Shown one piece after another: positions 1 to 15,000 of a DNA stretch of 64,000 nt. Below the pieces are notes generated by a model. The model searched no databases. It saw only the letters and a program-made list of their open reading frames with translations, and was not told the origin of the DNA. This stretch comes from an uncultured Gammaproteobacteria bacterium (GTDB taxonomy: Bacteria; Patescibacteriota; Microgenomatia; Levybacterales; UBA12049): NCBI GenBank assembly GCA_965230895.1, contig OZ246394.1:1313887-1377886 (forward strand), given 5' to 3'. Within the stretch, counting starts at the first letter, position 1. Every line of letters starts with the position of its first letter. The position numbers and the translations under genes were made by a program.

Positions 1-3000
1 TCATATGATGATTGCAATGTATTTGAAGCAGCTGAACATTTGACTACATTATCTGAGCCATCAACACAAAGTGCTGTTCCAAGATCAGTTGTAAGGCCAG
101 TCAATACTAAGAATGAATCAGAATCAGTGTTAACTGTTACATCATTTGTACCATTTGGTGAGAATGTAGAAATACCATTTGCTGTAAATGTCTGACCAGA
201 TGCTATAGTTGCTCCACCATTTGCAGTGATCAAACCAGTAACAGTCAAGGCATTGTTAACAGTTGTTGTCCCAGTTCCTGCCCCAATACTTATTGCTGTA
301 GCAGCGCCGCCGATATTCAAGTTAGTAACGCCAGAATTAAGGAGGTTAAATGTACCAGCGGATGAAGTTAAGTCACCACCATTGATTGCTGCATCTCCAG
401 CAGTTGTTACATTTCCAGTTAATGTTGATGTGCCATCGATTGTGAGGTTGCCATTTGATTGGATATCACCAGCGTTTGAAAGGGTAGTACCAGTTGAACC
501 ATAGCCACCACCAACTTGAAGTGAATTCAATGTCGCTGCAGCACTTGGAGCAGTGAATGAAGTAGCATTTGCGAAGTTAACAGTTGCATTGTTGATTGTT
601 GTAGTACCAGTTGCAGCACCGATTGTAACTGCAGTTGCTGCACTTCCAACGTTCAATGTTGTTGCATTTGTAGTGAACAAGTTAACTGTTGCAGCAGTTG
701 TTGTGATATCTCCACCATTTACAGCAACATCTCCAGCTGTTGTGATATCTCCAGATCCACCAGCGATTGAGAAGTTCGTTGCTGTTACATCATTTGCTCC
801 GAGTGAGAGCGCGTTAACGATTTCAGCATCTGAAAGATCCAAAGCATTTGTGATGCCACCAGCAGCAGCTTGGATCTTGATGCCAGCAGCAACTGCTCGA
901 TTGGTATCTTGGTTATCAACCAAGATCATTTGTGCTGGGTCAGTTGTGCCAGCACCGTTTGCTCGAGTGAATGAAGTGAATCCAGTTGAACCATCAGCAG
1001 TTGTGATGGTGAAGTTTGCATCAGTTGCTGTGTCAGTGAGTGTGAATTCGATGTTTCGTGCATCAGTTGTTGTCAAAGTATTTCCGCCATCATATGCACC
1101 TTGGAGTGTAAATGTTGAAGCAGAACACTTTGTGACATTGTCACTTGCATCAAGACAAAGTGCATTTCCAGCAGTTCCTGGAGTTGTAAGTCCAGTTAAT
1201 GTTAGGAATGAATCAGTGTCAGTGTTGATTGTTACATCGTTTGTGCCATTTGGTGAGAATGTACTTGTACCGTTTGCAGTCAAAGTCTGACCGGTTGGGA
1301 TAGTTGCGCCACCATTAAGTGTTGCAAGGCCAGTTGCATTGAATGCATTATTTACAGTTGTTGAACCAGTTCCAGCACCGATTTGAACATTTGTTGCAGC
1401 TCCAGCAAAGTTAACTGTTGTTGCTCCAGTGTTGAAGACATTTGCAGTTCCAGCAGTTGTTGTGAGTGATCCACCATTGACTGCAACGTTTCCTGATGTT
1501 GTTACATTACCAGTCAAGTTAGAGGTTCCATCAACTGTGAGATTACCGTTTGCTGAAACATCACCATTTGCAGCGAGTGTAGTGCCAGTTGAACCATAAC
1601 CGCCACCGATTGTTACTTGTCCAGCTGTTGCGATATTTCCGTTAGAACCAGTGATAGAGAAGTTAGTTGCTGAGACATCATTTGCACCAAGTGCCAATGC
1701 TGTAACGATATCTGAATCAGACAAATCGATTGCTGTAGTAATACCACCAGCAGCTGATTGGATTCGGATTCCAGCAGTCAATGCTTCATTCACATCAAGG
1801 TTTTCGATCAATTGGAGTTGAGCAGGGGATGACGGATTTGAACCATCAGCCAATCCGAAGTATGTGTACCCAGTTGATCCAGCAGCTGTTGTGATAGTGA
1901 AGTTAGAATCAGTAGCTGTATCTGTAAGTGTGAATGCGATGTCTCGAGCATCTAATGTGTCGATTGTATTTCCACCAACGTAAGAACCTTGCAATGTACT
2001 TGATGCAGCTGAACACTTCGTAACATTGTTACTTGCATCGATACAAAGTTGTGTACCAGTTGCAGTTGCTAATCCGGTGATATTCAAGAATGAATCAGTG
2101 TCAGTGTTGATTACCAAATCATTTGTTCCTGATGGAGTGAATGTTGATTGACCATTTGCTACGAAACTGCCAGTTGTTGTCAAAGTCTTACCACTAACAA
2201 GTGTTGTGTCACCGTTAAGTGTTACTGCACCAGTTCCAGTTGAGAATGTACTTGCACCAGTCTGTGCGATGTTGTTGTTGAATGTCGCAACGCCATCAAC
2301 TGAGAGTGCGTCATTCAATGTTGTTGCGCCATCGACATTAAGTGCTGCATTAAGATTTGTATTACCAGCAACATCAAGTGATGCACTGAATGTTGCATAA
2401 CTTGCAACGCCAAGTTGTCCACCGAGTGAAGTCAAACCAGTTCCAACTGTGAATGTATTTGCGCCAGTTACTGAAGTTGCTCCGTTAAGTGAAACTGCGC
2501 CAGTACCAGTAGAGAATGTTCCTGATCCGCTCTGCGCAAAGTTACCAGCTGTTTGTGTGTATCCAGTAATGTTCTCAAGTGCACCAGCATTTGTGAGTCG
2601 GGAAGTACCGCCAGTGAAGAGAGAACCATCAGTGAGATCAAGGTTAGCAACTTGTCCGCCAGTTGAATTCTCAAGACTGAGTGTTCGAGTTCCGCCACCA
2701 GTGATGTCGAGTGTAGTATTGCCACCAGTGAATGCAACGTTTGTATCAGAGATACTGAGATCTGCAAATGTCTTCGCGCCAGTGAATGTTTGTGTTCCTT
2801 CGAGGAATGCAAATGTACCATTTGTACCAAGATCAGGAAGGGTGTATGTTCGTGAAGCTGCGGGATTAACAGCTGTAACTGTGATGTCATTGCCATCATC
2901 TGTACTTGTTGAACCTTCAAAGACTAAGTTATTGCCCTTGTTTGCACTTGAGTCATTACCAGTGAATGCTGATCCAGTCAAAACATTACCAACACCAGTG

Positions 3001-6000
3001 ATTGTACCAGCGCCAACACCTGATGCTGATTGCCATGAAAGAACACCGTTACCATCTGTTGCCAAAACATAATTTGTACCACCAGCATCTGTTGGAAGTG
3101 TGTAGATGATGTTTTCTGTTTGTGTACTTGCAACGAATGTAGTGGAGTATGCATTATCTCCATCTGAAACGACTGAGAATTGTCCTGGTGTATTTGATGA
3201 TCCAGGAGCGACATCTTCACCGATACTGATTCCTGAAGTATTTAAGAAGTTAACTGCGCCAGTTCCAGCAGCAATTGTGAAGTCAGTGTTTGCAGCGAGT
3301 GTAGTGTCTCCATTAAGTGAGATCGCACCAGTTCCAGTTGAGAATGTTCCAGCGCCTGTGATGTCGAAGTTGCCAGCTGTTTGAGCATAGTTTGTGATGT
3401 TTTCAAGTCCACCTGCATTGGTAAGTCGGGAAGTACTGCCAGTGAAGAGGGAACCATCAGTAAGATCAAGATTTGCAACTTGTCCGCCAGTTGAATTTTC
3501 AAGACTGAGAGTTCTTGTTGCTCCACCAGTGATATCAAGTGTAGTGTTACCGCCAGTCAATGCAATTGCTGCATCAGCCAAGACGATGTCATTAAATGTC
3601 TTTGATCCAGTGAATGTTTGTGAACCTTCGAGGAAAGCAAAAGTACCATTTGTTCCAAGATCAGGAAGTGTGAATGTCAAAGATGATGCTGGATTAACGG
3701 CTGTAACAGTAATGTCGTTGCCATCATTAACTGATGTTGATCCTTCGAAGGTTAAGTTGTTACCTTTTTGTGCACTTGAATCATTACCAGTGAATGCTGA
3801 TCCAGTGAGGACGTTACCGACTCCAACGATTGTTCCAGCACCAACGCCTGCCGCTGATTGCCATGAAAGATTACCACTACCATCAGTTGAAAGAACATAA
3901 TTTGTACCACCATTATCTATTGGAAGAGTGTATGTGATGTCTTCAGTTTGTGTTCCGGTGATGAATGATGTTGAGTATGCATTGTCACCATCTGAGATAA
4001 GTTTGATTGCTCCAGGTGTATTTGAAGTTCCAGATGCGATATCTTCACCAACTGTGATTCCAGCTGCATTTGTGAAGTTCGCTGTACCGTTTGCAATCAA
4101 TGCCCCATTTAATGTCGTTGTTCCAGTGATTGTTGCTGCGCCACCGAGTGATGTCAAACCAGTTCCAACTGAGAATGTGTTGGATCCAGAGACTGAAGTG
4201 TTACCATTCAACGTTACTGCGCCGGTTCCAGTTGTGAATGTGTATGCACCTGATTGAGCGAAGTTACCAGAAAGATCAAGTGTATCGTTGATTGAAACGT
4301 TTCCATCGATGTCTGTAATCTCGCCAGATGTTGCAATTCTCAAACCAGTTGTTGCTGATCCAAGATCAACGATGTCATCAAGGACGACATTGCCACCACT
4401 GTTTGCGATTGTGCCGTTCAAGTTCAAGTTGTCAGCGATACTTACATCACCATCAATATCTGAGATAGATCCAGCAGTTGAGACCCTCAAACCAGTTGTT
4501 GCTGAACCGATGTCAGTTGTGTCATCGAGAACCAAATTGCCAGCACTGTTTGAAACAGTTCCTGTCAATGAAAGATTTCCAGTAATTGAAAGGTTATCAT
4601 CAACATTCAATGTGTTTTCAGAGAGATCGGAGAGGGAACCTTCTATTTGGAGATTACCTGTTCGGCCGATGTTCAAAACAGTTGTTCCTGATGCAGATGC
4701 AGTCAATATATTTTGATCACCAGTTTCATTCAAGATAACGAGTGCTTTGCCAACTTGAGATCCTGTGACATTTAATGTGCCATCACCTTGTGTTACTGAT
4801 CCGAGTGTTGTTCGGCCACTTACTGTGAAGTCGCCAGTGACATCAGTGTTGTCATTCAAGTTCAAGCTTGAATTACTGTCTGAGATTGCGCCGGTTACAA
4901 CCAAAGTGCCATCAACGATGGTGTTGTCGTTCAATGTTAAGTCTCCATCAATGTCTGAGATTCCACCTGTTGGAGTAATTCGGATACCTTGTGCTGCTGA
5001 ACCGATGTCAGTTGTATCGTCAAGAACCAAGTTACCAGCACTGTTTGAAACAGTTCCGGTGACAGTTATATTGTCATCGATTGCGACAGTTCCGCCAGCA
5101 TTAATGTTGAGTGTTGATTGATTTGAAGTGATGTCGCCACCGTTAACTGCGATGTCACCTGAGGTTGTGACATTTCCAGTCAATGTTGATGTGCCATCGA
5201 TTGTTAAGTTACCATTTGCTGAGACATCACCGTTGGAAGCAATTGTTGCGCCAGTTGATCCGTATCCACCAGCGAAGTTTGTACTTGCAGCGCCGCCGAT
5301 GTTTACGGTTGTTGCAGTGGAGTTGAACAGGTTAGCTGTTGTTGCATTTGTTGTGATTGATCCACCATTAACTGCAAGGTTTCCTGCAGTTGTGACATCA
5401 CCAGTTAATGTAGAAGTACCATCAACTGTTAAGTTGCCATTTGATTGGATGTTGCCATTACTTGAAAGGGTAGTGCCAGTTGAACCATATCCATTTCCGA
5501 CATTAACTGCATCGATTGCCAATGTTGCTGATCCAGCATTGATTGCAGTTGCATTTGGAAGACTGAGTGTTTGATTGTTAATTGTAGCTGTTCCAGTACT
5601 TGCTCCGAGAACAAGTGAAGTAGCAGCGCCACCAACGTTTACTGTTGTTGCAGTACCATTTGCGATGTTGAATGTTGAAGCGTTTGTTGTGATGTCTCCA
5701 CCGTTTACTGCAACATCGCCTGATGTTGTGATGTTACCAGTCGCAGTAATAGTTCCTGAAGTTGAAATGTTACCGGTTGCACCAGCGATAGAGAAGTTTG
5801 TAGCAGCTACATCATTTGCACCGAGTGAGAGCGCATTGACGATATCAGCGTCTGAAAGATCAAGAGCATTAGTGATACCGCCAGCAGCAGCTTGGATCTT
5901 GATACCAGCAGCAACTGCTCGATCAGTATCTTCATTATCAACCAAGATTAATTGTGCTGGATCATTTGTACCGACGCCATCAGCTCGTGTGAATGATGTA

Positions 6001-9000
6001 AATCCAGTTGAACCATCAGCTGTTGTGATAGTGAAGTTCGCATCAGTTGCAGTGTCAGCTAATGTGAATCCGATGTTTCGAGCATCTGTTGTACTAATTG
6101 TATTGCCGCCGTTGTATGCTGATTGCAAAGTGATTGATGCAGCTGAACACTTAACGACGTTGTCACTTCCATCGACACAAAGTGTACTTCCAGTTGCAGT
6201 TGTCAAACCAGTTACTTGCAAGAATGAATCAGTATCAGTGTTGATGACAACATCGTTTGTACTGTTAGGGGAGAATGTTGATTGTCCATTTGCTGTGAAT
6301 GTTTGGCCAGTTGCGACAGTTGCACCACCGTTTGCTGTGAACAATCCAGTTGCTATTGTTGTGCCATCAACCAAGAGATCATTGTTAATGTTTGTTGTAC
6401 CAGTTCCAGCACCGAGTGAGATTGCTGTAGCAGCTCCAGCGATGTTAACAGTGGTCGCATTCGCGTTAACCAAGTTGAATGTTCCTGCAGTTGTTGTTAA
6501 GTCTCCACCATTGATTGCGACGTCTCCGCTAGCCGTGACATTGCCAGTTAATGTGGAAATACCATCAACAGTTAATGTGCCATTTGCTTGGATGTTTCCT
6601 GCATTTGAAATAGTGACACCTGTTGAACCGTATCCGCCACCGACTTGTAAACCATCGACTCTAGCGAGAGCAGTGAGCGCATCAAATGCAGTTGCATTTG
6701 CAAGGTTTACAGTTGCATTGTTAAGGTTCATTGTGCCGGTTGCAGCGCCGATGTTAACAGTTGTAGCAGCGCCACCAACATTGAGTGTTGTAGCAGTTGC
6801 ATTGAACAAGTTTGCTGTTGTTTGTGTTGTTGCCAATGTACCTGAATTTGCATTGATGTTACCAGTTGCTGTAACTGTTCCTGATGTTGTGATGTTTCCA
6901 TTTGAACCATCGATTGAGAAGTTTGTCGCTGCAACATCATTTGCACCGAGTGAGAGAGCGTTAACGATATTTGCATCAGACAAATCGATTGCAGTTGTGA
7001 CAGCTCCACCTGAAACTCCAGCGATTCGCAAAGCAGTTGGAAGTGCTCGGTTAACATCTTGGTTTTGGATCAAAACTAATTGTGTAGGATCTGCTGCGCC
7101 AGCGCCATCAGCTCGAACGAATTGTGATCCACCAGTTGAACCAGTTGCAGTTGTCACAGTGAAGTTGCTGTCAGTTGTTGTATTTTCCAAAGTGAATGCG
7201 ATATCTCGTCCATCAGTTGAATTGATTGTGTTTCCACCATTGTATGCAGATTGCAAAGTGATTGAATCAGCTGAACAGACTGCAACTGTGTTACTACCAT
7301 CGATACAAAGTGCACTTCCAGTTAATGTTTGCAGTCCAGTGATAGTAAGGAGTGAATCAGTGTCAGTATTGATGGTAATGTCATTTGTGCCATTTGGTGA
7401 GAATGTACTTCCGCCATTTGCGATAAATGATTGACCTGATGCGATTGTTGCACCGCCATTAAATGTAGCCAAACCAGTTGATGTTGTTGTGCCATCAACG
7501 AGCAAGTTGTTATTTACATTTGTTGTACCAGTACCAGATCCAATTGAGAGGGCAGTAGCAGCACCAGCGAAGTTTACAGTTGTAGCATTTCCATTAACCA
7601 AATTGAATGTTGTTGCAGATGTTGTAAGGTCTCCGCCATTCAATGCAATGTCGCCAGTTGCAGTAACATCACCAGTCAAAGTAGAAGTACCATCGATGAT
7701 CAAATTGCCATTCGCTGAGATGTTGCCATTGTTTGCAAGTGTAGTTCCAGTTGATCCATAACCGCCACCGATTGTTACTGAATCAATTGTCAACGCAGCA
7801 GATCCAGCATTGATTGCTATAGCATTTGCGAAGTTAATTGTCGCATTGTTGATGTTTGCAGTACCAGTGTTTGCACCGATGTTCAATGTCGTAGCAGCGC
7901 CACCAACATTGAGTGTTGTTGCATTTGTATTGAAGAGAGCAGCAGTTGCATTGGTTGTTGTAAGATCTCCACCATTGACTGCAACATCTCCAGCAGTTGT
8001 GATGTTTCCTGTACCACCAGCGATAGAGAAGTTCGTAGCAGCAACGTCATTTGCACCGAGTGAGAGGGCATTAACGATGTCAGCATCTGAGAGATCCAAA
8101 GCATTAGTTATGCCACCAGCTGCAGCTTGGATCTTGATGCCAGCAGCGATTGCTTCATTACTGTCAGCATTTTCAACTAAGATAACTTGGCCAGCTGGTG
8201 CACTGTTTGTGCCGTTAGCCAAACCGAAATATGAGTATCCTTCTGAACCAGCAGCTGTCGTGACGGTGAAGTTAGCATCAGTTGTTGTGTCAGACAATGT
8301 GAACGCGAGATCTCGGCCATCTGTTGTGTTGATTGTGTTTCCACCGTTGTATGCAGATTGCAATGTAACAGTATTTCCTGAACACTTTGTGACATTGTTA
8401 CTACCATCAACACAAAGTTGTGAACCAGCTGATACTGGAGTTGTAAGTCCAGTAAGTGTTAAGAATGAATCTGCATCAGTGTTAATTGTTACACCATTTG
8501 TACCATCAGGTGAGAATGTTGATTGACCATTTGCTGTTAATGTCTGACCAGTTGCGACAGTTGCACCGCCATTGAATGTAGCGAGACCAGTTGCTGTTGT
8601 AGTGCCATCAACCAAGAGATCATTGTTAACGTTTGTTGTACCAGTTGATGATCCCAAGTTAACGACTGTCGCAGCACCAGCGATATTTACAGTTGTAGCA
8701 TTTGTATTAAAGAGGGAAGCAGTACCAGCTGTTGTTGTGATATCTCCACCATTTACAGCGGCATCACCAGCAGCAGTAACATTACCAGTTAATGTAGAAG
8801 TTCCGTCGATGGTGAGATTGCCATTTGCTTGGATGTTTCCAGTGTTAGATATTGAAACTCCAGTAGAGCCATATCCACCACCAACTACGAGTGAATCAAT
8901 TGTCAAAGCAGCAGATCCAGCATTGATTGCTGTCGCATTTGGAAGTGACAATGTCGCATTGTTGATGGTCATTGTCCCAGTGTTTGCTCCAATTGCGAGT

Positions 9001-12000
9001 GTTGTAGCAGCGCCGCCGATGTTCAATGTTGTAGCATTTGCATTAACCAAATTGAATGTTCCAGAAGTTGTTGTGAGGTCTCCACCGTTGACAGCAACAT
9101 CACCAGCTGTTGTTACGTTACCAGTCAATGTTGAAGTACCATCGATTGTGAGATTACCATTTGCTTGGATGTTGCCAGCATTAGAGATGCTAACTCCAGT
9201 TGATCCATAACCTCCACCGAGAACTGCACTATCAAGTGTTGCAACTGCGCTTGCTGCATTGATTGCAGTTGCATTTGGAAGTGATAGGGTAGCGTTATTG
9301 ATTGTTGCTGTACCTGTACTTGCACCGATGTTCAATGTTGTTGCAGCACCAGCGAAGTTAACTGTTGTTGCATTTGCATTGAGGAGATTTGCCGTTGTTG
9401 CAGTTGTTGTGATTGAACCACCATTTACAGCTACATTTCCACCAAATGTTGCAGCACCAGTTCCGAGGAATGAATATGTCGGGTTAGTTGTTGTGTTACC
9501 AAATGAGATGTTTTCTGCTCCATCAGTTGTGTTGATGTTGATGTAGTTGTTTGAACCTTCTTGGATGTCGAATGCATCTGCATTGTTATCAACCAAATTC
9601 GCAGTCAAGTTATTATTCAATGTTGTTGTACCACTTCCAGCTCCAAGTGTGATTGCAGTTGCGTCACCGCCAATGTTCAAAGTCGTAGCATTTGCATTAA
9701 AGAGGGAAGCAGTACCAGCTGTTGTTGTGATATCACCACCATTTACAGCAACATCACCAGCAGTCGTGACGTTACCAGTTAATGTTGAAGTGCCATCGAT
9801 TGTGAGGTTACCGTTTGCTTGGATAGTTCCAGCATTACTGATTGAAACGCCAGTAGAACCATAACCGCCACCGATTGCTACAGAATCGATAGTTAATGCT
9901 GCATTTGCTGCGTTGATTGCAGTTGCATTTGGAAGTGACAATGTTTCGTTATTGATTGTCATTGTGCCAGTACTTGCACCGATGTTGATTGCAGTTGCAG
10001 CTGCACCGATGTTCAAAGTCGTAGCATTTGCATTGAAGAGGGAAGCTGTTGCATTTGTTGTTGTTACGTCGCCGCCGTTGACAGTAACATCACCAGCTGT
10101 GGTGATGTTACCATTGCCACCATTGATTGAGAAGTTGGTAGCAGTGACATCATTTGCACCGAGTGATAGTGCATTAACAATTTCAGCATCAGACAAATCG
10201 ATTGCAGTTGTGATACCACCAGCTGCTGATTGGATTCGGATGCCAGTTGAAAGTGCTTCGTTGACATCAAGGTTCTCAACCAAAACCAATTGGCTAGGGG
10301 ATGTTGTGTTTGTGCCATTTGCCAAACCGAAGTATGAATATCCAGTTGAACCAGCAGCTGTTGTGACTGTGAAGTTACTGTCAGTTGTTGTATTTGCGAG
10401 TGTGAATGCGATGTCTCGTGCGTCAGTTGTGGCGATAGTATTGCCGGTGTTATATGCCGCTTGCAAACCGAATGGAGCACCGTTACAAAGTGTTACTGCA
10501 TTTGAACCATCAAGACAAAGTGCATTTCCAGTTGCTGTTGCGAGACCAGTCAAGATAAGTGATGAATCAGTATCCGTATTGATTGTTACATCATTTGTGC
10601 CACTTGGTGAGAATGTACTTGCACCATTTGCAGTGAATGTCTGACCAGTTGCGACTGTTGCGCCACCATTGAATGTAGCCAAACCAGTTGCAGTCAACGC
10701 ATTGTTTACAGTTGTTGTGCCAGTTCCAGCACCGAGTGAGATAGCTGTTGCTGCGCCACCGATATTCAATGTCGTTGCATTTGTATTGAAGATGCTTGCA
10801 GTTCCAGCTGATGTTGTGATGTCGCCACCATCAACTGCGAGATCACCAGCAGTTGTGACATCCCCAGTTAATGTAGATGTACCATCGATGATCAAGTTAC
10901 CGTTTGCTGAGATGTCACCGTTGTTTGCGAGAGAGATTCCTGTCGAACCATAACCTCCACCGAGAACTGAACTGTCGATTGTTGCAATTGCATTTGCTGC
11001 ATTGATTGCAGTAGCATTTGGCAATGATAGGGTAGCGTTATTGATTGTCATTGTTCCTGATGCAGCACCGATGTTGACAGTAGTAGCAGCGCCACCAATG
11101 TTCAATGTGGTTGCTGTTGCGTTGAACAAGTTTCCAGTTGCTTGCGTTGTAGCCAAAGTACCTGAATTTGCATTGATGTTGCCAGTTGCAGTGATAGTTC
11201 CTGATGTTGTGACGTTCCCGTTAGAACCAGTTACTGAGAAATTAGTACCAGTGATGTCATTTGCGCCGAATGCTAATGCAGTGCCAATTTCAGCATCTGA
11301 GACATCAAGAGCAGTAGTGATACCACCAGCAGCTGATTGGATTCGAAGACCTGTTGCCAATGCATCATCAGTATCAGCATTTTCGATAAGGACTAATTGT
11401 GCTGGGTTTGTACTGTTTGCGCCATCAGCCAAACCGAAGTATGAAGATCCAGTAGAACCAGCTGCCGTTGTTACTGAGAAGTTGGAATCAGTTGCTGTGT
11501 TTGTTAAGTTGAATGAAATATCTCTTCCGTCAGTTGTGTTGATTGTATTTCCACCATCATATGCTGATTGCAATGTAATAGAAGCAGCAGAACATTTAAC
11601 GATGTTGTCAGCGCCATCGATACAAACTGTTTGACCAGTTGCTGTTGTAAGTCCAGTTACTTTCAAGAATGAATCTGCATCAGTGTTGACTGTTACACCA
11701 TTTGTGCCATCTGGATTGAAAGTTGATTGACCATTTGCAGTTAATGTCTCACCCGTTGCAACTGTGATTCCATCATTTGCAGTGATTAAACCAGTTGCAG
11801 TCAATGCATTATTAACTGTCGTTGTGCCGGTTGCTGCTCCGATTGAGAGGGAAGTAGCAGCACCAGCGAAGTTCACAGCAGTTGCATTTGCATTAACCAA
11901 ATTGAATGTTCCAGCAGTTGTTGTAAGATCTCCACCATTTACAGCAACATCACCAGCAGTTGTTACATTTCCAGTTAATGTAGAAGCGCCATCAACAGTT

Positions 12001-15000
12001 AATGTACCGTTTGCTTGGATGTTACCAGTGTTACTGATTGAAACACCAGTTGAACCGTAACCGCCACCAACTTGCAACCCATCAACTCGAGCGAGAGCGG
12101 AGAGCGCATCAAATGCAGTTGCATTTGGTAATGCAACAGTAGCATTTCGGATGTTTGCAGTACCAGTTGTTGCACCGATATTTAATGTAGTAGCAGCGCC
12201 ACCAACATTGAGTGCTGTTGCACCAGTGTTGAAGAGATTTGCTGTTGTTGCACTTGTTGAGAGAGTACCGCCGTTCACAGCAACATTTCCTGATGTTGTG
12301 ACATTACCGTTTCCGCCATCAACTGAGAAGTTTGTACCAGTGATGTTGTTTGCGCCGATTGCGAGAGCATTTACGATTTCAGCATCTGATACATCAAGTG
12401 CAGTTGTGATGCCACCGTTTTCTGATTGGATTCGAAGACCTGCTGCTACTGCATCATCAGCATCTGCATTTTCGATCAAGACTAATTGATTTGCTGGAGC
12501 AGTATTTGCACCATCAGCCAAACCGAAGTATGAATATCCTTCTGAACCAGCAGCTGTAGTGACAGTGAAGTTAGCATCAGTTGTAGTATCAGCGAGATTG
12601 AATGCGATGTTTCTGTTGTCTGTTGTTGTGATAGAATTTCCGCCGTTGTATGCAGATTGGAGTGAGATTGAACCTTGTGAACATTTAACGATGTTGTCTG
12701 AACCATCGATACAAAGGAGAGAGCCAGTTACTGTTTGCAATCCTGTTACAGTCAAGAATGAATCAGTATCAGTGTTGATGACAACATCATTTGCACTTGC
12801 TGGTGAGAATGTACTTGCACCATTTGCTGTGAATGCATCATTTGCAGTGAGATCTCCAGTGAATGTACCAGTTCCGGTTACTGCCAAATCATTGTTTACA
12901 GTTGTTGTTCCAGAAGCTGCACCAAGTGAAATAACTGTAGCAGCACCGCCAATGTTAACTGTTGTTGCATTTGTGTTGAAGAGGGAAGCGGAGCCAGCAG
13001 TTGTTGTAAGATCTCCACCATTCAATGCTAGGTCTCCAGCTGAAGTGATGTCTCCAGTTAACGTAGAAGTGCCATCAACAGTTAATGTACCGTTTGCTTG
13101 GATGTTGCCAGTTCCTGAAACTGAAACTCCAGTTGATCCATATCCACCGCCAACTGAAAGTGAACCGATTGTTGCAAGTGCATTTGCTGCATTGATTGCC
13201 GTAGCATTTGGAAGTGAAAGGGTAGCATTGTTGATAGTTGCTGTACCAGTTGTTGCACCGAGATTCAATGAAGTAGCAGCGCCACCAACATTGAGTGTTG
13301 TTGCAGTTGCATTGAAGACATTTGCAGTTGTTGCTGATGTCTGGATAGTTCCACCATTAACTGCGATGTTACTTGCAAATGTTGCCAATCCTGTACCTGA
13401 GAATGTGTATGTTGGGTTTGTACTGGAGTTACCAAATGAGATATTTTCAGCTCCATCAGTTGTATCAACGTTGATGTAATTGTTGGTTCCTTCCTGGATA
13501 TCAAGGGCATCTGCACTGTTATCGACGATGTTTGCAGTGAGGTTATTATTCAATGTTGTTCGACCTGATCCAGCACCGAGATTAACGTTTGTTGCGACGC
13601 CACCGATGTTCAATGTTGTTGCATTAGTATTCAAAAGGTTGAATGTTGTTTGGTTGGTTGTTAAGTCTCCGCCGTTGATTGCGACATCACCAGCAGCAGT
13701 TACATTGCCAGTCAAAGTTGATGTTCCATCGATTGTTAAGTTACCGTTTGCTTGAATGTTTCCTGTGTTACTGACAGTGACACCAGTTGCACCGTATCCA
13801 CCACCAACTTGCAATCCATCAACTCGAGCGAGGGCACCGAGAGCATCAAATGCAGTTGCATTAGACAAAACAACTTGATCGTTTCGGATTGTTGCAGTAC
13901 CAGTTGTTCCGCCGATTGTTAAGTTAGTAGCAGCGCCAGCGAAGTTTACAGTTGTTGCTGTGCCATTAATCAAGTTAAATGTTGTTGCACTCGTTGTGAT
14001 ATCTCCACCATTTACAGCGAGATCTCCAGTCATTGTTGTGTTGCCAGTAACAGCCAATGTTGAAGAGAGTGTAGTAGCTCCAGTTACTCCAAGTGTTCCG
14101 CCAACTGTTGTATTACCAGTTAATGTAGAAATACCATCAACAGTTAATGTACCGTTTGTTGAAATGTTGCCATTGTTTGCGATAGTTGCACCTGTTGAAC
14201 CATATCCACCGCCAACTTCGAGTGAATCGATTCGAGCGAGAGCAGAGAGAGCATCAAATGCAGTTGCATTAGACAAGACCACTGTATCGTTGTTGATTGT
14301 TGCAGTACCAGTTGCAGCACCCAAATTAAGTGAAGTAGCAGCTCCACCGATGTTCAATGTTGTAGCGTTTGTGTTGAAGATATTTGCACTAGTTGCGAGT
14401 GTTGTGATGTCACCGCCATTGATTGCTGCATCTCCAGCTGATGTGATGTTACCATTTGAACCATCAACTGAGAAGTTGGTTCCAGCGATATCATTTGCAC
14501 CAAGATCAATTGCAGTGACGATGTTTGCATCAGACAAATCAATGGCTGTTGTGACATCTCCACCAGTAACACCAGCAATCTTCAAACCAACTGGCAATGC
14601 TTGATCAGCATCAAGATTTTGGATCAAGACTAATTGATCTGGATTATTTGTTCCAACACCATCTGCTCTGAGGAATTGTGTTCCGCCAGTTGCACCGGTT
14701 GCAGTGGTGATAGTGAAGTTTGCATCAGTTCCAGTATCAGCAAGTGTGAATGAGATGTCTCTGTTGTTTGTTGTGTTGATTGTGTTTCCGCCGTTGTATG
14801 CACCTTGCAATGAAACTGATCCAGCTGAACACTTTGTGACATTGTCACTGCCATCGATACAAAGAAGATTTCCAGTTGCAGTTGTTAAGCCAGTGATTGT
14901 TAAGAATGAATCTGAATCAGTATTGATTGTGACATCATTTGAACCATCAGGAGTGAATGTACTGATACCATTTGCAGTGAAAGTTTGACCTGATGGAACT

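Noticed and set aside
9561-9782. A Cys-rich 73-aa plus-strand ORF (CCCTTSSSKCDCSC...).
   Set aside because: It is an off-frame artefact inside the giant gene repeats.
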